This document shows positions 58,021-64,000 of a stretch of DNA of 64,000 bases, one piece after another. The notes under the pieces are model-generated. The model saw only the letters and a program-made list of their open reading frames with translations, did no database searches and had not been told where the DNA came from. The DNA comes from an uncultured bacterium. Lineage in GTDB: Bacteria > Patescibacteriota > Minisyncoccia > Phycocordibacterales > UBA2100. The position numbers were made by a program, and so were the translations under genes. Where the stretch lies: the NCBI GenBank assembly GCA_903824595.1, contig CAIJXH010000004.1, positions 40,697-104,696 of the forward strand, read 5' to 3'. Positions within the stretch are counted from its first letter, which is position 1. Each line of letters begins with the position of its first letter.

Positions 58021-58863
58021 CTAAAATTGCGACGCGGAAAAAGAGAAAACCTTGCCGGGATCAGTGTCCCCGAACGACACGTCGTACGCCGAAAACATAT
58101 TCGCAAGCCCCACAACGGCACGTATATAATCATCCGCCGCTGTATCATAGGCGAGCATGGCATGTACGCGTTCGGTATCGGTCGTTGCGCGTGGAACCGA
58201 TGTGAGCTTTTCTGCCATGTGAACATATCCGACTGAAAGCTGCGTTGCAATCGACGTAATCTCGGGAGGCGCATCATACAGTGCAAGCGCGTGACCAAGA
58301 GACGCGTATTCGTCTGCGAGAGACTCCACCGCATGGCGAGCCGCACTATCGGCAGGGTGATCAATTTGATCTTTGATCGTCGAGAGAATGGCAGGGTGTG
58401 ACACCTCAAATTCATGAAGCTTCGCGCCTATCGCATTACCATACTCATAGAGTTTCTGTTGTTGCGGTGTACGCACTTTCTCAACAGGTATGGTCGCAAG
58501 CCCTCCAGGGATGAGCGCGTATTCTGGCATATCAAGACCAAAAGCAGCAGAACTCGATGCATGTTCAGAGGTGGAATCGTGCGTATGCACCATATCAGTG
58601 AGAGTTTCAGTATCGCCAGATACGATCGACACATGATCTGAATTGGTGGTGACAATTCCTACCGTGCGCACGTCTCCTACAACAGGAAGAGAAGGAGTGT
58701 GGTAGGTCTCTGATATCGTATGAGCAAATATCGCGTCGCTATGTTCCCATGACTGCACTGACGCAATCGGCACGGGAATTGTTTTCACAACAAAGATACA
58801 CAGAAACACCCCAAGTATTCCACCTATACCTACGCCATAGGGTCGCATGTATTTCCACGACAT
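58021..58863 (-). CDS. Membrane-anchored hypothetical protein
   Basis: N-terminal TM; YGN.IG, DPG.VF; TATACT 6 nt before ATG. Confidence 0.65.
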   Translation of the reverse strand: MSWKYMRPYGVGIGGILGVFLCIFVVKTIPVPIASVQSWEHSDAIFAHTISETYHTPSLPVVGDVRTVGIVTTNSDHVSIVSGDTETLTDMVHTHDSTSEHASSSAAFGLDMPEYALIPGGLATIPVEKVRTPQQQKLYEYGNAIGAKLHEFEVSHPAILSTIKDQIDHPADSAARHAVESLADEYASLGHALALYDAPPEITSIATQLSVGYVHMAEKLTSVPRATTDTERVHAMLAYDTAADDYIRAVVGLANMFSAYDVSFGDTDPGKVFSFSASQF

Positions 58864-58919
58864 ACACACAGTATATAGGAATTACAAATCAAGACATGGC
58901 GCGATGGTACAATGCACTC

Positions 58920-59243
58920 ATGCAATGGATGCGCACAATGGGAATCACGCTACTTATGATCTTGTGTATAACCCCCTCAACGGCACGGGCTTTCCCCTTT
59001 GGCGGTACAGCAGGCGTTGTGCTCCCCTGCTTCAACGCGACCATCTACGTAGCCGTGGGACCTCCGCTTGGAGGCAGCTTCATCTGGACTACTGCAACAA
59101 AGACGTTCCCCAATGGCCCTCCCACACACAGCGGGCAAAAACTTCTCGGGCTTGCGGGACCTCCGTACTACTGCATTTTTTCTATCGCACCTGTTATTAC
59201 GTGGGCTGGCATTGCGATGACGATGGTCGGCACAAGCAAGTAA
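58920..59243 (+). CDS. Small secreted protein (PFGG...C...GQ..LG...C...GTS)
   Basis: Signal peptide; TGGTACAAT 6 nt before ATG. Confidence 0.65.
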   Translation: MQWMRTMGITLLMILCITPSTARAFPFGGTAGVVLPCFNATIYVAVGPPLGGSFIWTTATKTFPNGPPTHSGQKLLGLAGPPYYCIFSIAPVITWAGIAMTMVGTSK

Positions 59244-60006
59244 TAGAGGTGGTGAATCGTTTCCAATCAAGAATGGTGAGACGTTCAGCGCGTATGCACG
59301 GATCTATATTTACGCTACCACACGCGCGATGCACAATCTCCTTATCATAGAGGTGCGTCATATTACTTCCAAACATCTTCCGTTTTGCCGCAAATCCCGC
59401 GTGCACGATTTTGAAAAAATCACGCTCGGTGATGTCTGAAAAGAAATCGCGTGTAATGTCTTCGATGAGCAAAATCGCGGAATCCACCGATGGCGGTGGG
59501 GAGAAATTGCCGCGCCCGACTTTTGCGACAATCTTCGGCACACCATACACCTTTACCGAAAGTGACAGCATGCTTTCTTTCTTATCGCGCGCAATAATGC
59601 GTTCCGCGACTTCTTTCTGAACAAGCAGCGCCATCGCACGTGGCTGCATTTCCGCGGTGAGAAATTGTTTGATGATTTCGCCGGTAATGTAGTACGGAAT
59701 ATTCGCCGCAACAACATATGCTCCCGACGGCGTGAAATCGCGCACGTCACCTATCACAATAGTGAGCTTCCCCGCCACAACGTCTGACGCAAACGTTGTA
59801 TGTAGTTCTTCCGCAAGCGCCTCGTCTTTTTCTATCGCGATGACGCGCGCGCCCGTCGCGAGCAGTTTTTGTGTGAGAGCGCCCTTGCCAGGACCGATCT
59901 CGACGATCGTCTCCCCCTCGCGTACCGCCACCGACTTCGCAAGCACGTCCGCATAGTGCGTGTTCGTCAAAAAATGCTGCCCCAGCCGCGCACCCCGCTT
60001 TTTCAC
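59197..60006 (-). CDS. rsmA: 16S rRNA dimethyladenosine transferase
   Basis: LGQHFL, EIGPGKG, ANIPYYIT, QKEVAER, F.P.P.VDSA; GTG start overlaps the vapD stop. Confidence 0.95.
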   Translation of the reverse strand: MKKRGARLGQHFLTNTHYADVLAKSVAVREGETIVEIGPGKGALTQKLLATGARVIAIEKDEALAEELHTTFASDVVAGKLTIVIGDVRDFTPSGAYVVAANIPYYITGEIIKQFLTAEMQPRAMALLVQKEVAERIIARDKKESMLSLSVKVYGVPKIVAKVGRGNFSPPPSVDSAILLIEDITRDFFSDITERDFFKIVHAGFAAKRKMFGSNMTHLYDKEIVHRACGSVNIDPCIRAERLTILDWKRFTTSITCLCRPSSSQCQPT

Positions 60007-60284
60007 GGTTGCTTTATGACTTTGGTAAAGTCTGACCATTGTTCAATACGGAACGCGCGAATATCGCGCACGGAGAGCGTAAACCATGGCAGAGCTTTGA
60101 GCGCGATGATCGCCTGAAACAAATTCGCCATGTCTTCGCTCTTTGTTACATACACACTGCCCTGTATCCTCTCAAAATCAAAATGCTCAAGTGTCGCGGC
60201 GATGTCCGTGTATGCCTGCGTGACGTTCTTGGGATGATGCTTGCTCGCATCGGCGACGACAAGATCGAACGTAATGGCGAACAT
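60003..60284 (-). CDS. vapD: VapD (Cas2-like) endoribonuclease toxin
   Basis: MFAITFDL, AY.DI, F.RIQGSVY, WF..SVRDIRAFRIEQWSDFT. Confidence 0.88.
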   Translation of the reverse strand: MFAITFDLVVADASKHHPKNVTQAYTDIAATLEHFDFERIQGSVYVTKSEDMANLFQAIIALKALPWFTLSVRDIRAFRIEQWSDFTKVIKQP

Positions 60285-60286
60285 AC

Positions 60287-60466
60287 CTATTCGACGGGGT
60301 CTGTGGCAATGTCTTTGATCGGGTATGCTGTCTCCTCTCCGGTTTCCAATACGCGGATTCGCGCGGATTTTTCGTCTATTTCTTTCAACACTTCGTAAAG
60401 CACCCCGTAAGACCCGAAGCGCCGGATGGAACCGACAAGTCGATCAGAAGTTACAACGTGATTCAT
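60287..60466 (-). CDS. DUF5397-like small protein, putative VapD antitoxin (59 aa, absent from the ORF track)
   Basis: Hand translation MNHVVTSDRLVGSIRRFGSYGVLYEVLKEIDEKSARIRVLETGEETAYPIKDIATDPVE-stop; ends 2 nt before the vapD ATG. Confidence 0.75.
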   Translation of the reverse strand: MNHVVTSDRLVGSIRRFGSYGVLYEVLKEIDEKSARIRVLETGEETAYPIKDIATDPVE

Positions 60467-60517
60467 ACGGTGAGTGTAGCATTGTCTTTGGTGGATGCAA
60501 TCTAATCGCCCAAAATT

Positions 60518-62419
60518 CTACAACAACTCAATCATCCGCTCGCCTTCTTCGGGACGTCGATTTGGACTCGCCCACTCGATGAGTCGTTGATCGATCTCGC
60601 CGAGGAATTCCGACGGAAGCGCGTGTTCGCGCGAACCGTACTTCATGCGCTCATTTGCATACGAGAGGAAAAGCCGCTTGCGCGCACGCGTAACGGCGAC
60701 ATAAAAGAGGCGGCGCTCTTCTTCGGAATCCCGATCGTTGTCGCTCTCACGCATGGAAGGGAAAAGCCCCTGCTCAAGCCCCGTGACAAACACCGCATCA
60801 AACTCCAACCCTTTTGACGCATGCACCGTCATGAGCGATACCGCATCTTGCCGCTCATCCAGATTGTCTTGATCACTCTGAAGTGCCGCTTCTTCAAGCA
60901 AACGCTCCACGCCTTCGGGCGGCGGAGCGTCGTTGTACCGGGCGGCGAGGTTGACCAATTCGTGGACGTTGCCGATGCGCTCCATTCCCTCTTCCGTATC
61001 TTTTTTCAAAAAAGCCTCGATGCCGCTGATTTCAAACGCAAAGCGCACCGCGTCGGCACACGGCACCGTCTCGATCGCTTTTTTGATCGCCGCAAGCATA
61101 TCGCGAAACGCTGCCGCCTTCGCACCCGCCGCGCCGGGAAGTGCCTCTCCGGCAATCATCTTATCGACCGTCACCTTGCCGATGCCGCGCGGCGGTACCG
61201 CAATGATGCGGCGGATGTCGACGCCGCTTTTCGGGTTGAGCGCCGCACGCAGATACGAGAGTACGTCTTTCACTTCTTTGCGCTCAAAGAATCGCGTGCC
61301 GAGAATCCGGTACGGAATCCCCGACGCAAGCAGTGCTTCTTCGAGTGCGCGCGACTGGAAATTCTCGCGGTACAGAACGGCGATTTCGCGCGGAGAAATC
61401 CCCTGCCGTATGAGCTCTTCCGTTTTCGCCGCGACGAACCACGCCTCATCCGTCTCATTGAATGCGCCATACAGGAGAATCGGGTCGCCGGTCGGATTCT
61501 CGGTGAAAAGATGCTTTGGCTTGCGGCGCACATTTTTCTCGATCACCGAATTTGCGGCGGAGAGAATCGTGCGCGTCGAGCGATAGTTCTGTTCGAGCAA
61601 CACAACGGCAGTGCCCGGAAACGCATCTTCAAATGATAAAAAGTTTTCAATATCTGCTCCACGCCACCCGTAGACCAGTTGGTCCCCATCGCCCACTACA
61701 CATAGATTCCGCCGCTCCCCGGCCAACAATCGCGCGATTTCGTACTGTGAACGATTCGTATCTTGATACTCGTCGATCGTAATATGCGTCCAGCGGTTTT
61801 GAAGAAGCGACAAAACCGACGGATTGTCGCGAAGCAGGGTGAGTGTCCGCAGGAGCAAATCGTCGAAATCCAGTGCACCCTCATCCCGCATCGTTTTCTC
61901 GTACGCATCCCACACCCGAGCGATCGTCTGTTCGCGGAAACTGCTCGCGCGTTCGGCATACGCCGCACCCGACATACCATCACCCTTCTTGCGCGAGATC
62001 ACGCCGAGCGCGCTCTTTGCCTGCAAATCCCCAAACCCAAGACTCTCGATAATTCTCTTGATCGCTTTCATACTGTCGTCGCGATCCCAGATGGAAAAAT
62101 TGCGCTCTATCCCTGCTTCCTGATGAAACTCGCGCAAAAGCCGCACGCCAAGTGAGTGAAACGTCGCCAGAAACGGCATCCCGCCCGATCGCTCCCCAAG
62201 TAATCGCATCACGCGTTCGCGCATTTCTCCCGCAGCCTTATTCGTAAAGGTGACCGCAAGTATATTTCTGCCCGGCACGCCGCTTTCTATGAGATGCGCG
62301 ATGCGGTGCGTAATTGTTTTTGTTTTCCCAGCTCCCGCACCCGCAACAATGAGAACGGGTCCTTCCATTTTCAACACAGCCTCTCGCTGGCGATCATTCA
62401 ATCCATCAACATACGTCAT
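60518..62419 (-). CDS. pcrA: UvrD/PcrA DNA helicase
   Basis: AGAGAGKT, TFTNKAA, DEYQD, QNYRS, TVHASKGLEF, EERRLFYVAVTRA; TGGTATAGT 6 nt before ATG. Confidence 0.93.
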   Translation of the reverse strand: MTYVDGLNDRQREAVLKMEGPVLIVAGAGAGKTKTITHRIAHLIESGVPGRNILAVTFTNKAAGEMRERVMRLLGERSGGMPFLATFHSLGVRLLREFHQEAGIERNFSIWDRDDSMKAIKRIIESLGFGDLQAKSALGVISRKKGDGMSGAAYAERASSFREQTIARVWDAYEKTMRDEGALDFDDLLLRTLTLLRDNPSVLSLLQNRWTHITIDEYQDTNRSQYEIARLLAGERRNLCVVGDGDQLVYGWRGADIENFLSFEDAFPGTAVVLLEQNYRSTRTILSAANSVIEKNVRRKPKHLFTENPTGDPILLYGAFNETDEAWFVAAKTEELIRQGISPREIAVLYRENFQSRALEEALLASGIPYRILGTRFFERKEVKDVLSYLRAALNPKSGVDIRRIIAVPPRGIGKVTVDKMIAGEALPGAAGAKAAAFRDMLAAIKKAIETVPCADAVRFAFEISGIEAFLKKDTEEGMERIGNVHELVNLAARYNDAPPPEGVERLLEEAALQSDQDNLDERQDAVSLMTVHASKGLEFDAVFVTGLEQGLFPSMRESDNDRDSEEERRLFYVAVTRARKRLFLSYANERMKYGSREHALPSEFLGEIDQRLIEWASPNRRPEEGERMIELL

Positions 62420-62494
62420 GGGCGTACTATACCAAACAAACCTATCTTGTGATTCACGATCTTCGTCGCATAACAAAAATGCTATCATGATTCT

Positions 62495-62962
62495 ATGAAC
62501 ACGGATGAGCATAGGCTTCGATGGAAAGCCCGAGAATACGAACATGTTGAACGTCCACGCGATTGGTATTGGGCACTGAGCATAGTTGCCTCCAGCCTCG
62601 CTCTCGTCAGCGTGTTTTTCAACGATTATTTTTTCGCCATCATCATACTTGTCTCTGCGGGCACATTTGCACTCCTGGCGCACCATCCATCACCTCTTGT
62701 CGACATCGAACTCCTCGAGCGCGGCATTATGATCGACGGTTCTTTGTATCTTTTTGAGGATATCGTCGCGTTTTGGATAACATATGAAGAGCCTGTTCCT
62801 CTCCTGCTCATCGACACTACCAAAATTTGGTCTCCAAATATCGTTATACCACTCGTTGATGTCGACCCTGATGAGGTGCAAGAATTTCTTGCCGAACGTT
62901 CCGAGGAGCGCCCCATGAAAGAGCCTATTCAGTACAAACTCATCGCCATGCTCGGACTGTGA
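62495..62962 (+). CDS. DUF5673-like membrane protein
   Basis: W.A.EY......DWYW, two TM helices, PH-like C-terminus. Confidence 0.65.
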   Translation: MNTDEHRLRWKAREYEHVERPRDWYWALSIVASSLALVSVFFNDYFFAIIILVSAGTFALLAHHPSPLVDIELLERGIMIDGSLYLFEDIVAFWITYEEPVPLLLIDTTKIWSPNIVIPLVDVDPDEVQEFLAERSEERPMKEPIQYKLIAMLGL

Positions 62963-63000
62963 TAGGAAAAAACAAAGTTTATGGTACATTAGTCAGCACT

Positions 63001-63075
63001 GCCCTCGTCGTTCAATGGATAGGACGCATCCTTGCGGAGGATGTAATGTGGGTTCGATTCCTGCCGAGGGCACCA
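63001..63075 (+). tRNA. tRNA-Arg(GCG)
   Basis: GCCCTCG/CGAGGGC acceptor stem, anticodon arm CATCC-TTGCGGA-GGATG, GTTCGATTC, encoded CCA. Confidence 0.93.
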
Positions 63076-63110
63076 AAAGAAGAAGTGTTGCGCTGTGTTA
63101 TACTCAACGC

Positions 63111-63710
63111 ATGCAAGAATATCAGGTGCGTGATTTTCTATTACCTGCCCTTGAGGGGATTTCAGACACATCAGTAAAAGCTCATGTGGAATTGTATGCG
63201 GGATACGTAAAGAATTTCAATGCGATCACGACACTCATCAACACTCTTGCGACATCCAACGACACAAGCAGCACGCTTGCAATTGCTGAACTAACACGTC
63301 GGCAATCGTTTGAATGGGGAGGAATGCGCTTGCACGAGCTGTATTTCGAGCAATGTGAAGGTGGCGCAACCGCGCTATCAAAAGAAAGCGCATGCGCCAT
63401 GGCAATCAATACTCAATACGGAAATCTCGATACGCTCATTGCACAGCTAGTCCGCACGGGAATGATGCGCGGTCCTGGATGGTCCATAGCATATTACGAT
63501 GCACATGCGCAGAAGTTTCATATTGGCTTTTCCGAAGAACAGCACGTCGGTCATTTTGCTTCACTTCCTGTTATCCTCGCACTCGACGTATGGGAACACG
63601 CCTATCTTCTTGATCACGGAACACAAGGAAAGAGGGCGTACATCGACGCTTTTTTCAAGAATGTGAATTGGGAGGTGGTGGAGAAGAGGTTTGCGAAAGC
63701 GCAGCCGTAA
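63111..63710 (+). CDS. Fe/Mn superoxide dismutase family protein
   Basis: H..LY.GYV, LHELYF, LDVWEHAY; TATACT 6 nt before ATG. Confidence 0.88.
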   Translation: MQEYQVRDFLLPALEGISDTSVKAHVELYAGYVKNFNAITTLINTLATSNDTSSTLAIAELTRRQSFEWGGMRLHELYFEQCEGGATALSKESACAMAINTQYGNLDTLIAQLVRTGMMRGPGWSIAYYDAHAQKFHIGFSEEQHVGHFASLPVILALDVWEHAYLLDHGTQGKRAYIDAFFKNVNWEVVEKRFAKAQP

Positions 63711-64000
63711 CACTGAACAGCATCCCGTAAACGATCGCGAGCCACCACGCGCCAAATGCGGGGATGGAAAGTGAGGCAAACGGAAGAGAGGCGAACAGTC
63801 GCGCAACTCCGATGACGTAGCCAAGGAGCGCATATGCAGGAAAGCCAATGAGCGGCGCGAGTGGACCAGCAGCCCATCCGGCAAGTGCGGCGATACCGGA
63901 GAAAAACATCGCGAGCGGCATTACAGGGAGAGCAAGAAGATTGGCAGGAAGTGCATACAGAGATAGCTGACCATTTTGATACAGAAGCAGCGGCAAGACA
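63655..64000 (-). CDS. comEC: ComEC/Rec2 competence membrane protein, C-terminal part (runs off the window)
   Basis: PLLLYQ.G.LS...LPANLL.LP..P..M...FA.LP.A pattern; ends without an MBL domain. Confidence 0.75.
   Translation of the reverse strand, partial: VLPLLLYQNGQLSLYALPANLLALPVMPLAMFFSGIAALAGWAAGPLAPLIGFPAYALLGYVIGVARLFASLPFASLSIPAFGAWWLAIVYGMLFSVTAALSQTSSPPPPNSHS

Noticed and set aside
60003-60284. Cas2-like gene suggesting CRISPR-Cas
   Set aside because: Motifs match VapD; no cas1 and no regularly spaced repeat-spacer array seen in the window.
1-64000. Alternative genetic code (TGA=Gly/Trp)
   Set aside because: TGA ends nspC, speB, polA, vapD and others at the expected positions with ATGA coupling.

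Overview
Chromosomal window from a reduced-genome bacterium that looks like Patescibacteria/CPR (Parcubacteria-like; standard code, TGA used as stop). The assignment is an inference from the VirB4/PrgI/VirB6/pilin cluster, split ComEC, DUF5663/DUF5673-like genes and the MurE 'EDPY' motif. Housekeeping genes are purA, comM, dksA-like, pnp, rpsT, ruvA, murE-like, polA, tsaE, rpsL-rpsG, ung, clpP, jag, rsmA, uvrD/pcrA, sod and three tRNAs (Ser-TGA, Lys-TTT, Arg-GCG). Accessory content includes a complete Arg->spermidine operon (speA, CASDH, nspC, speB) with an AbiEii-type TA pair wedged inside it, a DUF5397-VapD pair, a 1467-aa DEAH helicase and several mosaic surface proteins. The most unusual signals are five. 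(1) Two integrase-free single-gene islets (1270 and 1575 bp), each bounded by a direct repeat of the 3' end of a conserved gene (comM, ung). (2) A RAYT/Y1 HUH transposase with four co-oriented CCGCAGGTTTAACCTGCGG palindromes, two of which sit behind the two ung 3' ends. (3) A 119-bp covarying palindromic element bracketing the virB4-prgI block. (4) GAGCGAAGCG-cored fold-back elements, one in frame inside tsaE and one antisense to the 3' half of tRNA-Lys. (5) A pervasive leaderless promoter architecture, with a -10 box 6-8 nt before the start codon. Family names come from remembered motifs, not database searches.
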